Assembly (NCBI GenBank): GCA_964514365.1
Contig: CAZEQO010000003.1
Coordinates: forward strand, 3,960 to 40,842
Direction: 5' to 3'
From: an uncultured Robiginitalea sp.
Lineage (GTDB): Bacteria > Bacteroidota > Bacteroidia > Flavobacteriales > Flavobacteriaceae
DNA length: 36,883 nt
Below the pieces are notes generated by a model, which did not search any database, was not told the origin of the DNA, and saw nothing but the letters and a program-made list of their open reading frames with translations. Made by a program: the position numbers and the translations under genes. Shown one piece after another: positions 26,189 to 35,854 of this stretch. Positions within the stretch are counted from its first letter, which is position 1. Every line of letters begins with the position of its first letter.

Positions 26189-29026
26189 ATGCAGTACGAC
26201 TTCAGGCAGATAGAAGCCAAATGGCAGAAATACTGGTCAGAACATAAGACTTTCAGGGCCGAATTCCCCTCGGAGAAACCCAAATACTATGTCCTCGATA
26301 TGTTTCCCTACCCTTCCGGGGCAGGACTCCATGTGGGGCATCCGCTGGGATATATTGCCAGTGATATCTATGCCCGCTTCAAGCGGCATCAGGGCTATAA
26401 TGTGCTGCATCCCATGGGGTATGACTCTTTCGGACTTCCCGCAGAACAGTATGCGATTCAGACCGGACAGCATCCCTCGATAACTACTGAAACCAATATT
26501 GGCAGATATCGGGAACAGCTGGACCAACTCGGCTTTTCGTACGATTGGGAGCGTGAGGTCCGAACTTCAGACCCTTCATATTACCGATGGACGCAGTGGA
26601 TTTTTATGCAGCTTTTTAATTCCTGGTACAATAAAAAATCGGAAAAGGCGGAGCCCGTTGAAACCCTGATCAAAGCCTTTGAAGCTAATGGGAATCTCGA
26701 GATAGAGGCAGCCTGTGACGAGGACACCCCATCCTTTTCAGCAGAAGACTGGAAGTCGTTTTCCAGAGTCGCCCGGGAACGTGTTTTATTGAAATACAGG
26801 CTGACTTTTCTGGCGGATACCGAGGTAAACTGGTGTCCTGAACTGGGAACCGTCCTGGCCAATGATGAAATCGTCAACGGGGTTTCTGAGCGGGGTGGAT
26901 ATCCGGTGATACGTAAAAAAATGACGCAGTGGAGTATGCGGATAACGGCCTATGCCCAGCGTTTGCTCGACGGCCTGGCATCGGTGGATTGGCCCCGGCC
27001 ACTCGTGGACTCCCAACAAAACTGGATTGGGCGTTCGGTTGGTGCTTCTGTGGTATTTCATACAAAACCTGCTGGAAGCCTGACCGGGTCTTTTCCCATT
27101 GAGGTTTTTACCACCCGGCCAGACACGATTTTTGGGGTGAGCTTTATGACACTTGCCCCGGAACACGAACTCGTCCCTAAAATCACAACCCCGGAGCAAA
27201 TGCAGGCGGTTACCGACTATATAGAGGTAACGGCACGGCGGTCGGAACGGGAGCGAATGGCCGATGTGAAATCCATTTCCGGGGTCTTTACGGGAGCTTA
27301 CGCCGTGCATCCGTTTACCGGGGAATCGGTACCGATCTGGATTGGCGACTACGTCCTGGGCGGGTATGGTACAGGGGCGGTAATGTCAGTACCCTGTGGG
27401 GATCAACGGGATTTTGATTTCGCACAATATTTTGACATTCCCATTCCCAACATATTTGAGGGTGTCTCCGTGGCGGAAGAAGCTTTTGAAGAAAAAGACG
27501 GTGCGGTTATTGCCAACTCAGGTTTTATAAGTGGTTTGCCCGTAAAGGAAGCCAGCCGGAAGGTTATTGAGGCCCTTGAAGCAAAAGGGCAGGGAGCCGG
27601 CAAGGTTAATTATCGTCTAAGGGATGCGGTCTTTAGCAGGCAGCGGTACTGGGGTGAGCCCTTTCCTGTGTACTACGATGCGGAGGGGTTACCTCAATTA
27701 TTGCCCGAGCACTGTCTTCCCCTGACCCTACCGGAGGTGGAGAAATACCTCCCGACAGAGACCGGGGAGCCGCCCCTGGGCAATGCTACACACTGGGCGT
27801 GGGATATCCGGGCGGAGGAAGTAGTGTCAAATGAGGACATCGACCACAAAACGGTTTTTCCATTGGAACTGAACACCATGCCCGGGTGGGCGGGCAGTTC
27901 TCAGTACTTCAATCGGTATATGGATCCGCAAAATCAACAAGCGCTGGTCTCTGATGAAGCGATTTCGTACTGGCAGGACGTAGATCTTTATATAGGAGGA
28001 AGTGAACATGCCACTGGCCACCTTTTGTATTCCCGATTCTGGCAGAAATTTATGTTTGACAGGGGTTGGGTGCCCCGGGATGAGTTTGCCTCAAAACTCA
28101 TCAACCAGGGAATGATCCTCGGAACCAGCGCTATCGTTTACCGTAAAAGCGGGACTCAGCAATATCTGAGTAAAGGTCTTGTGGGAGATACACCGGTGGA
28201 AGAAATCCGTGTCGATGTCAATTTGGTGAATGCTTCCGATGAATTGGATGTCGAAAAGCTCCGGGAATGGCAGCCTCAGTTCAAAGGGGCTGAGTTCCTG
28301 CTCGAGAAGGATGTCTATATCGTGGGGAGAGAGGTGGAAAAAATGTCAAAACGCTGGTACAATGTCGTAAACCCGGATCTGATTTGCGAGGAGTACGGAG
28401 CCGATTCGCTAAGGATGTACGAAATGTTCCTGGGGCCATTGGAGCAGTCCAAACCATGGAATACAGCTGGGCTTAGTGGTGTTCACGGGTTTTTGAAAAA
28501 GCTTTGGAAGCTCTACCATCAAGGGCCTGATCGTGGATTTGAAGTATTAGACAAAACCCCTTCAGCCGAAAATTTAAAGAGTCTGCACAAAACCATTAAA
28601 AAGGTAACTGAGGACATTGAAGCGTTTTCATTCAATACTTCGGTCTCCACATTTATGATTTGTGTAAATGAGCTCACCGCCCAGGGATGTCGGGAACGTG
28701 AAATACTCGAGCCCCTTGCCGTCCTGGTTGCTCCTTATGCACCTCATATTGCTGAAGAACTCTGGGAAAAACTGGGTCATAACCAGAGTATCGCGGAAGT
28801 CCCATACCCTGTGCACCAGGAAAGGTATCTGATAGAAAGCACCAAGGAGTATCCTGTTTCTTTTAATGGAAAAATGCGCTTTAAACTTCCCCTATCCCTG
28901 GAACTCGACAGGGAAGCAATTGAGGCGGCCGTCTTAAGCCATGAGCAAACCCTTCACTATCTCGAAGGGCGGGAACCCCGAAAGGTTATTGTCGTGCCGG
29001 GCAAAATTGTCAATATCGTAGTCTGA
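26189..29026 (+). CDS. leuS: Leucine--tRNA ligase
   Basis: LDMFPYPSGAGLHVGH (HIGH), FTTRPDT editing domain, GTGAVMSVP, SRQRYWGEP, YIGGSEHA, KMSKR, VPGKIVNIV. Start set at ATG 26189. Confidence 0.98.
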   Translation: MQYDFRQIEAKWQKYWSEHKTFRAEFPSEKPKYYVLDMFPYPSGAGLHVGHPLGYIASDIYARFKRHQGYNVLHPMGYDSFGLPAEQYAIQTGQHPSITTETNIGRYREQLDQLGFSYDWEREVRTSDPSYYRWTQWIFMQLFNSWYNKKSEKAEPVETLIKAFEANGNLEIEAACDEDTPSFSAEDWKSFSRVARERVLLKYRLTFLADTEVNWCPELGTVLANDEIVNGVSERGGYPVIRKKMTQWSMRITAYAQRLLDGLASVDWPRPLVDSQQNWIGRSVGASVVFHTKPAGSLTGSFPIEVFTTRPDTIFGVSFMTLAPEHELVPKITTPEQMQAVTDYIEVTARRSERERMADVKSISGVFTGAYAVHPFTGESVPIWIGDYVLGGYGTGAVMSVPCGDQRDFDFAQYFDIPIPNIFEGVSVAEEAFEEKDGAVIANSGFISGLPVKEASRKVIEALEAKGQGAGKVNYRLRDAVFSRQRYWGEPFPVYYDAEGLPQLLPEHCLPLTLPEVEKYLPTETGEPPLGNATHWAWDIRAEEVVSNEDIDHKTVFPLELNTMPGWAGSSQYFNRYMDPQNQQALVSDEAISYWQDVDLYIGGSEHATGHLLYSRFWQKFMFDRGWVPRDEFASKLINQGMILGTSAIVYRKSGTQQYLSKGLVGDTPVEEIRVDVNLVNASDELDVEKLREWQPQFKGAEFLLEKDVYIVGREVEKMSKRWYNVVNPDLICEEYGADSLRMYEMFLGPLEQSKPWNTAGLSGVHGFLKKLWKLYHQGPDRGFEVLDKTPSAENLKSLHKTIKKVTEDIEAFSFNTSVSTFMICVNELTAQGCREREILEPLAVLVAPYAPHIAEELWEKLGHNQSIAEVPYPVHQERYLIESTKEYPVSFNGKMRFKLPLSLELDREAIEAAVLSHEQTLHYLEGREPRKVIVVPGKIVNIVV

Positions 29027-29099
29027 TCGATACGGGCTTATCTCTATCCGGGGACTCCCTGGAGGTCAAAACAATTCTCAAAATTAAAATAATTGCAGG

Positions 29100-29161
29100 C
29101 ACCCCCTAAAAAAGAGGGGGTGTAATGTAAATAAATGGATAAATTTGACAGTAAACCCCCT
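29100..29161 (+). promoter_or_regulatory. ald promoter region: inverted repeat, -7 element and extra half-site
   Basis: CACCCCCT-N7-AGGGGGTG at 29100-29122, TAAATTTG at 29140-29147, ACCCCCT at 29155-29161. Confidence 0.45.
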
Positions 29162-29231
29162 CCATACGTCGATTTATTCCTGAAAATATAATTTTTTGAT
29201 ACATCTTTACCCCAATTAAAAAACACACGAT

Positions 29232-30186
29232 ATGATCATTGGGATCCCTAAAGAAATCAAGAATAATGAAAGTCGGGTGGGTATGACCCCCGCGGGAGTA
29301 CTCGAACTCAATCATAAAGGACACGAAATCCTCATTCAATCGGGTGCGGGCGTGGGCAGCGGATTTACAGATGCCGACTATGCAAAAGTTGGGGCTGAAA
29401 TTCTAGATACCATCAATGAGGTTTACGAGAGAAGTGAGATGATCGTTAAGGTCAAGGAGCCTATTGAAGCGGAATATCCCCTGGTTCGTAAAGGTCAGAT
29501 CGTATTCACCTATTTTCACTTTGCATCCAGTGAAACGCTGACCCGCGCGATGATCGATTCGGGTGCCATATGCATTGCCTATGAAACTGTAGAAGATGAA
29601 GAGGGGACGCTTCCCCTGCTGACACCGATGTCTGAAGTTGGCTGCGGGCCTCGGGGCCCACGTGACCATGCTCGACGTAAACATGAAGCGATTGCGCTAC
29701 GTCAATGATGTCATGCCGCCACATGTGGTGACCGAATTTTCAAATGAATACAATATCCGGAAGCACATAAAATCTCATGACCTGATTGTGGGAGGGGTTT
29801 TGATAAAAGGAGCCAAGGCACCCAAGCTCATTACGCGCGACATGCTGAAGTCCATGACTCCCGGCACCGTGATTGTAGATGTAGCTGTAGATCAGGGGGG
29901 GTGTGTGGAAACCTCAAAACCCACTACCCATGAGGACCCTGTTTTTATCATCGATGATGTGGTCCACTACTGTGTCGCGAATATGCCGGGAGCCGTGCCA
30001 TACACTTCCACACTCGCCCTGACTAATGTCACTCTTCCCTATGTGCTGCGCCTGGCCGATAAAGGCTGGGAAAAGGCCTGTTCAGAGGATGTGGCTCTGG
30101 AAAAGGGATTGAATATAGTCCAGGGAGAAGTGGTTTACGAAGAAATCCTGGATACTTTTGGCCCCCTTAAAGGGATTCCTGCCTGA
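29232..30186 (+). pseudogene. ald: Alanine dehydrogenase disrupted by an internal deletion and frameshift (or an assembly error)
   Basis: The N-terminal half (IGIPKEIKNNESRV, KVKEP, FTYFH, LPLLTPMSEV) joins AAGLGAHVTMLD...VDVAVDQGGCVETS..TTH..P..HYCVANMPG in another frame at about 29640. The AGR...GVPG...GxGxxG segment is missing. Confidence 0.9.
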
Positions 30187-30213
30187 AATACTTTTAGAAT
30201 TCGGAAGATTCAT

Positions 30214-30282
30214 ACCCCAACTACTTAAAGCATTTCCGCAAATTCGGGATAAGATGGTTTAGGCAGTCTGTGTGGGGTTTTT
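30214..30282 (+). terminator. Long imperfect stem-loop with T tract downstream of ald
   Basis: Nested pairings ACCCCA/TGGGGT, ACT/AGT, CTTAAAGCAT/ATGGTTTAGG and TTCCG/CGGGA, ending in TTTTT. Confidence 0.5.
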
Positions 30283-30323
30283 ACTTTGGAATTTGGTATT
30301 TTTAGGAATTCAAAACTGAAGTT

Positions 30324-31025
30324 ATGGGTATTACAGGATACTATATTTTAATAGGAGGAATTGCACTGGTGAGCTGGTGGGTCAGTTCCCGTTTAAAAAG
30401 CAAGTTCCGGCACTATTCCAAAGTGCATTTGCAAAATGGAATGAGTGGTGCAGAAATCGCGGAGAAAATGCTTGCGGATAACGGTATTCGGGATGTCAAG
30501 GTGATCAGCACCCCCGGAATGCTCACAGATCACTACAATCCGAAGAACAAAACGGTTAACCTCAGCGAAGGGGTGTATAATCAGCGCAATGCGGCGGCGG
30601 CTGCCGTTGCCGCCCATGAATGTGGGCATGCTGTGCAACACGCCAAGTCGTATGAATGGCTGACCCTGCGGTCTAGGTTGGTCCCTGTTGTGAGTATAAC
30701 CTCCGGGATGTCTACCTGGCTCGTATTTGGAGGCCTCGTTCTTGGTGCCGCTGCGGGTATGGGAATGGGTTACTGGATTGCCGTTGCCGGCCTGGTGATG
30801 ATGGGACTGGCAACCCTATTTAGTTTTATCACCCTTCCCGTGGAGTACGATGCGAGTAACCGGGCCCTGGCCTGGTTAAAGCAGACCGGTACAGTTACCC
30901 CTCAGGAATACGGTGGGACTGAAGATGCTTTAAAATGGGCGGCACGCACGTATTTGGTGGCCGCTATTGGTGCCCTGGCCAATTTGGTGTACTGGGGCTT
31001 GCAGGTATTTGGGGGAAGGGATTAA
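30324..31025 (+). CDS. Membrane zinc metallopeptidase (YugP/Zn_peptidase_2 family)
   Basis: SGAEIA, LTDHYNP, AVAAHECGHAVQH (HExxH), TLPVEYDASNRAL, AARTY. Confidence 0.93.
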   Translation: MGITGYYILIGGIALVSWWVSSRLKSKFRHYSKVHLQNGMSGAEIAEKMLADNGIRDVKVISTPGMLTDHYNPKNKTVNLSEGVYNQRNAAAAAVAAHECGHAVQHAKSYEWLTLRSRLVPVVSITSGMSTWLVFGGLVLGAAAGMGMGYWIAVAGLVMMGLATLFSFITLPVEYDASNRALAWLKQTGTVTPQEYGGTEDALKWAARTYLVAAIGALANLVYWGLQVFGGRD

Positions 31026-31036
31026 TTAAAATGTTG

Positions 31037-31507
31037 TCAGAGCTGAATCTGGCGATCGATGGACTGATCCAGCGAAATGAAGGTTTCTGTTCGGGAAACG
31101 CCTTCAATTTGCTGGATTTTTTTGTTCAAAAGCTGCATCAGATGTTCATTATCCCTGCAGAGGATCTTGATCAGGATGGACCAGTTTCCGGTGGTGTAAT
31201 GGCACTCCAGGACTTCGGGGATTTTTTTTAACTGTTGCACGGCATAAGGGTTGCTCATGGCCTTATCCAGAAATATTCCGATATAGGCCGTGGTGGTATA
31301 TCCCAGGGCCTTAGGATTCAGTATAAACCGGGATCCGCTCAATAAGCCCGATTTTTCGAGTTTTCTCAACCTCTGGTGGATAGCTGCTCCCGAAATACCG
31401 ATATTCCTGGCTATTTCCAGAACCGGGGTGCGGGCATCCTCCATAAGGTATCTCAGTATTTTCTTGTCGATACCATCGATCCGGGTCTGTTTTTCAATCG
31501 ACTTCAT
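31037..31507 (-). CDS. Lrp/AsnC family transcriptional regulator
   Basis: IDGIDKKIL..L..DAR, IARNIGIS..AIHQRLRKLE, IPEVLECHYTTG, GVSRTETFISL. Confidence 0.96.
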   Translation of the reverse strand: MKSIEKQTRIDGIDKKILRYLMEDARTPVLEIARNIGISGAAIHQRLRKLEKSGLLSGSRFILNPKALGYTTTAYIGIFLDKAMSNPYAVQQLKKIPEVLECHYTTGNWSILIKILCRDNEHLMQLLNKKIQQIEGVSRTETFISLDQSIDRQIQL

Positions 31508-31548
31508 TCCTGATGGGTTGTTCCTAAAGATAAGATTATTCCGAAACC

Positions 31549-32922
31549 TCAGTTCCCTACCGAATCGGGATTATACCCCAAATAGGGCTTTTCGTATTCC
31601 CTGAACCCTATACCGTAAGACTCCAGGGCTTTTAATACAGGTTCGTAGACCTCGGGGAGGATTGGGATTTGTACGCCCGGGCTTGTAATCTGACCGTTCA
31701 AAATCAATAAGGTAGCGATGCCAACAGGGAGGCCCACGGTTTTTGCCATAGCGGTATGCCGGACAGATTCGCCTATAACGACCATATTGGAATCGAGTTG
31801 CAGGCGCTCACCATTCAACTCGTAACCAAATTTGTGATACATAACGATCATATCCCGGTCTTCCGGCTTTAACGTCCAACTCTGTTCCAGTATTTCCTGA
31901 AGGATTTGAGCAGGGCTACCATCTTTTACAGTGATTTTCCGCTCTGAATCGAAGATATGCAACTCCAGGAGTTTCCCCCAAAGGTTGTCATCCTGGTCAA
32001 TTTTGAGGTAGTGCCTCAATTTGAGTTCCACAGAATCTGTAGGAGAATAGGGGAGGAAAAGATTTGTGAATTCCCGGTAGGACATTCCTTTTGAATTCTC
32101 AATCCGATAGGAATCATCCGTCATTCCCAGTTGTACAAAAATATTCCAGGCCCTGGAAAACCCGATCCGGCGCATGGTACCCCGGTATAGGGTGAGGGTA
32201 TCTTCCAATCCGTAAGCTTTGCGATAACTCAGGGAATCCCGGTTGGCATAGGCTTCAAAGGCTCCATACCCCTCGACTTCGAGAAATTCGGTGCGTCTGA
32301 AGAGTTTGTGATACGGAATATATTTATAGGTGCCTTCCTGAATGAATTTTGCAGCACCCCCCTGACCGGCAATGACCACATTTCTGGGATTCCAGGTAAA
32401 TTTGTAGTTCCAGAGGTTGTCATCGCTCTGGGGAGCCACCAGTCCTCCGGTAAAAGACTCGAAGAGCAGCATTCGACCACCGGCCGCTTTGATGCGGTCT
32501 ATAACCTGCATGGCGCTCATATGGTCTATACCCGGATCCAGCCCGATTTCATTCATAAAAACGAGTCCTTTCTCACGAACGGCAGCATCCAGTTTACGCA
32601 TCCCCTCACTGATGTAAGAAGCCGTGATAAGGTTTTTACCTGCTTCCAGACAGTCCTTTGCCACTTCGAGATGCAAACCTGGCGGGAGCATTGAAATCAC
32701 AATATCCGCCTGTGCTACCTGGGCACTCCTGGCGGCCTGATCGGCTATATCCAAACGGATCACCTGCGTATTCGGGTGGGTGTGAAGTTTCTCCGGCACC
32801 CCTTCCGGATTCTTATCGGCAATAATAATTTTAAGACGTTCTTCACGGGTTTTATCCAGTAAGTAGTCCAAAAGGTAGGAGGTCGATTTTCCGGCTCCAA
32901 CAACCAGGATACATCGGGCCAT
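31549..32922 (-). CDS. Saccharopine dehydrogenase family protein
   Basis: ILVVGAG, VISMLP, TASY, NEIGLDPGIDHMSAM, YKFTWNPR, AYANRDS, RGTMR, AMAKTVGLP. Confidence 0.93.
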   Translation of the reverse strand: MARCILVVGAGKSTSYLLDYLLDKTREERLKIIIADKNPEGVPEKLHTHPNTQVIRLDIADQAARSAQVAQADIVISMLPPGLHLEVAKDCLEAGKNLITASYISEGMRKLDAAVREKGLVFMNEIGLDPGIDHMSAMQVIDRIKAAGGRMLLFESFTGGLVAPQSDDNLWNYKFTWNPRNVVIAGQGGAAKFIQEGTYKYIPYHKLFRRTEFLEVEGYGAFEAYANRDSLSYRKAYGLEDTLTLYRGTMRRIGFSRAWNIFVQLGMTDDSYRIENSKGMSYREFTNLFLPYSPTDSVELKLRHYLKIDQDDNLWGKLLELHIFDSERKITVKDGSPAQILQEILEQSWTLKPEDRDMIVMYHKFGYELNGERLQLDSNMVVIGESVRHTAMAKTVGLPVGIATLLILNGQITSPGVQIPILPEVYEPVLKALESYGIGFREYEKPYLGYNPDSVGN

Positions 32923-33002
32923 AACGGTTCTGAAGGATTAAGGATTAAGGTTTACGAAGGTATCAAAATGTTACATTTGCTAAAAAGGAAACCTTCTGAG
33001 TT

Positions 33003-33389
33003 ATGAACAAAGCAATTCTGGGTACGGGAACTATATTTGGGCTGCTCGCCGTCATTTTAGGGGCTTTTGGGGCACACTACCTTAAGGTCCGTCTGCCCGC
33101 AAACACCCTGGACAGCTACCAGACCGGTGTCACGTACCTCATGTATCACGCCCTATTCTTGCTGATCCTCGGGAGTATGACTTCTTTAAAAACAGATGAA
33201 AAGCGCACTGTTTTCTATTTAGTCGCTTCGGGGGTATTCTTTTTTTCATTTTCCATACTTGCGCTGACTACGGCCCCCCTGGCAGGCCTCGATCTCAGTT
33301 CAATCGGTTGGATAACGCCCATCGGCGGCTTACTGCTCATTGCGGGTTGGGCCGTGTTTGGTTATCGTGTTTTCAGGGGTTTAAACTAA
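33003..33389 (+). CDS. DUF423 family membrane protein
   Basis: AVILGAFGAH, TGVTY.MYHAL, FSFSI, ITPIGGLLLIAGW. TACATTTG promoter match at 32972-32979. Confidence 0.9.
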   Translation: MNKAILGTGTIFGLLAVILGAFGAHYLKVRLPANTLDSYQTGVTYLMYHALFLLILGSMTSLKTDEKRTVFYLVASGVFFFSFSILALTTAPLAGLDLSSIGWITPIGGLLLIAGWAVFGYRVFRGLN

Positions 33390-33455
33390 GTTTTGTGGAG
33401 GTACTCCCGGAATGTCTTTATTTTGATATTTTTGCCCAAACAAAAACGCTCTTTT

Positions 33456-35072
33456 ATGTCTTCATTTACCGCTGGAACGAAATCGATTTCGTTATCTGAA
33501 TATGGACTGACCACTGAAAACATTCAATATCAATTATCTCCCGATGCACTCCACCAACGCACGCTCGATGCAGGATTGGGAAAAGAAGCAGACAGTGGAG
33601 CACTTGCTGTCAATACGGGGGAGTTTACGGGGCGTGCCCCTAAGGACCGTTTTATTGTCCGGGATGAAATTACGGAAGAACAAGTCTGGTGGGGACCGGT
33701 GAACAAACCTTTTGACCCCGATAAATTTGATGCCCTGTACGATAAAGTGATCGCGTATCTCAATGGGCGGGAGCTTTTTGTACGGGATTGTTTTGTTTGT
33801 TCAGATAAGAACTATAGAATGGGCGTTCGGGTGATTAATGAGTACCCCTGGTCAAATTATTTTGCATACAATATGTTCTTGCGACCAACGGCTGGTGAAC
33901 TCGAGGAGTTTGAAGCGGACTGGACCGTAATCAATGCACCCGGTTTTCATGCCGATCCGGTTACAGATGGTACCCGCCAACATAATTTCGCTATTTTGAA
34001 TTTTAGCAGGAAGGTGGTGCTTATAGGGGGAACCGGCTATACCGGCGAGATCAAAAAAGGTATTTTTTCTGCCTTGAACTTCATTCTGCCCGTGTTTCGA
34101 AATACCCTTCCCATGCACTGTTCCGCAAATGTCGGGCAAGATGGAGAGACCGCTGTATTTTTTGGTTTGTCGGGAACCGGTAAGACCACCCTCTCGACCG
34201 ATCCTTCCAGGAAACTCATCGGAGATGACGAACACGGCTGGACCGCTGAGGATACTGTTTTCAACTTTGAAGGAGGGTGTTATGCCAAAGTGATTAATCT
34301 TTCTGCGGAGAGTGAGCCTGAAATTTACGGGGCGATCAGGAAAGGGGCAATTCTCGAGAATGTTATTATGGATCCCAGTGGGAAGGTAGACTTCGCAGAC
34401 ACCTCTATCACTCCAAACACCCGTGTGAGTTACCCGATTTATCATATTGAGAATCGTCAGGATCCTTCCATTGGGGAAAATCCCAAACATGTCTTTTTCC
34501 TGACAGCCGATGCATTTGGTGTCCTGCCCCCGATCTCCAGGCTAACCCCTGCCCAGGCGGCTTATCACTTTATTTCCGGCTATACGGCCAAAGTTGCCGG
34601 GACTGAGGCCGGCGTCAATGAGCCGGTTCCTTCTTTTTCGGCCTGTTTTGGAGCCCCATTTATGCCCCTCCACCCTACAAAATACGCTGAAATGCTGAGT
34701 AAAAAGATGCAGGAGTCCGGGGCGAATGTCTGGTTGGTCAATACGGGTTGGACGGGAGGATCTTATGGAGTTGGAACCCGGATGAAACTCAAGTACACCC
34801 GTGCCATGATTCGCGCTGCTTTGAGCGGTGCCCTGGGCTTGTACACTTATGACACCTACCACATTCACTCTGTTTTTGGGGTGGCCCAACCCAGGGAATG
34901 TCCCGGTGTGCCCACCGATCTCCTGAGCCCCAGGGCTACATGGAATAACGACAAGGCATATTACGATACGGCCTTTAAGCTGGCGAATGCGTTTAGGGAA
35001 AATTTCAAGAAATTTGAGTCCTATGCCAATGAGGAAATTCGCAGGGGGGGCCCCCAGCGATATGCATACTAA
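33456..35072 (+). CDS. pckA: Phosphoenolpyruvate carboxykinase (ATP)
   Basis: TGRAPKDRF, YTGEIKKGIF, MHCSAN, FFGLSGTGKTTLS, LIGDDEHGW, FNFEGGCYAK. Start set at ATG 33456, downstream of TATTTTTG (33427-33434). Confidence 0.98.
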   Translation: MSSFTAGTKSISLSEYGLTTENIQYQLSPDALHQRTLDAGLGKEADSGALAVNTGEFTGRAPKDRFIVRDEITEEQVWWGPVNKPFDPDKFDALYDKVIAYLNGRELFVRDCFVCSDKNYRMGVRVINEYPWSNYFAYNMFLRPTAGELEEFEADWTVINAPGFHADPVTDGTRQHNFAILNFSRKVVLIGGTGYTGEIKKGIFSALNFILPVFRNTLPMHCSANVGQDGETAVFFGLSGTGKTTLSTDPSRKLIGDDEHGWTAEDTVFNFEGGCYAKVINLSAESEPEIYGAIRKGAILENVIMDPSGKVDFADTSITPNTRVSYPIYHIENRQDPSIGENPKHVFFLTADAFGVLPPISRLTPAQAAYHFISGYTAKVAGTEAGVNEPVPSFSACFGAPFMPLHPTKYAEMLSKKMQESGANVWLVNTGWTGGSYGVGTRMKLKYTRAMIRAALSGALGLYTYDTYHIHSVFGVAQPRECPGVPTDLLSPRATWNNDKAYYDTAFKLANAFRENFKKFESYANEEIRRGGPQRYAY

Positions 35073-35074
35073 AG

Positions 35075-35103
35075 AAAAAGGCTTCCGATTCGGAAGCCTT
35101 TTT
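35075..35103. terminator. Bidirectional rho-independent terminator
   Basis: AAAAAGGCTTCCG-ATT-CGGAAGCCTTTTT perfect inverted repeat between convergent pckA and the hemD-like gene. Confidence 0.92.
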
Positions 35104-35104
35104 T

Positions 35105-35851
35105 TTATTTCTTGTTTACGTTATTGATATACTTCTGAAGGGCCATGGTCATGGAAGGAGTTTCAGGAGTTGGCGCCTTAATATCGATTCGGAGCCCTGC
35201 TTCCGTAGCCGCTTCCACAGTTGAATTGCCAAAGACGGCAATTCGTGTTTCCTTTTGTTCAAAGTCCGGGAAGTTCTTTAACAGTGATTCAATACCGGAA
35301 GGGCTGAAAAAGACCAGGACATCGTAATAGACATTCCTGAGATCGGAGAGGTCGCTAATTACGGTTTTGTAAAAAATTCCGCGCTCCCATTTAACCCCAA
35401 GCTGATCCAGGGTTTCCGGAGTATCTTGTTTCAACACATCTGATGAAGGCAGGAGATAACTTTCATCCTTATATTTTTTAAAAAGGGGCTGCAGGTCCTG
35501 AAAGTTTCGCTTGCCGACATATATTTTCCGCTTACGGTAAACGACGTATTTCTGAAGGTAGTAAGCGACAGCCTCCGACTGGCAGAAATATTTCATCGAA
35601 TCCGGTACCTTAAAACGCATTTCTTCGGAAATACGGAAAAAATGGTCGACGGCATTGCGGCTGGTGAGGATTATGGCGGTATAGTTCTTAAGGTCAATCT
35701 TCTGCTGCCTCACACTTTTGGCATCTACACCTTCCACATGGATGAAGGGCCTGAAGTCTACTTTGACCTTTTCCTTCTCAATAAGCCGGGAATAGGGACT
35801 GTTCTCCATCTTAGGTTCCGGTTGGGACACCAGAATCGTCTTTACCTTCAT
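35105..35851 (-). CDS. hemD: Uroporphyrinogen-III synthase-like protein (Bacteroidota type)
   Basis: ILVSQP, IILTSRNAVDHFF, YKT, YDVLVFFSPSGIESL, IAVFG..T..A...GL. TACCTTTG match on the minus strand at 35907-35914 may be an internal promoter. Confidence 0.82.
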   Translation of the reverse strand: MKVKTILVSQPEPKMENSPYSRLIEKEKVKVDFRPFIHVEGVDAKSVRQQKIDLKNYTAIILTSRNAVDHFFRISEEMRFKVPDSMKYFCQSEAVAYYLQKYVVYRKRKIYVGKRNFQDLQPLFKKYKDESYLLPSSDVLKQDTPETLDQLGVKWERGIFYKTVISDLSDLRNVYYDVLVFFSPSGIESLLKNFPDFEQKETRIAVFGNSTVEAATEAGLRIDIKAPTPETPSMTMALQKYINNVNKK

Positions 35852-35854
35852 ATA

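Noticed and set aside
28339-28353. KMSKR instead of KMSKS in LeuS
   Set aside because: The catalytic second Lys is retained and the last position varies among class I synthetases.
29630-29650. Programmed frameshift or split two-subunit Ald
   Set aside because: There is no slippery sequence, and restoring the frame would still leave the NAD-binding motif missing.
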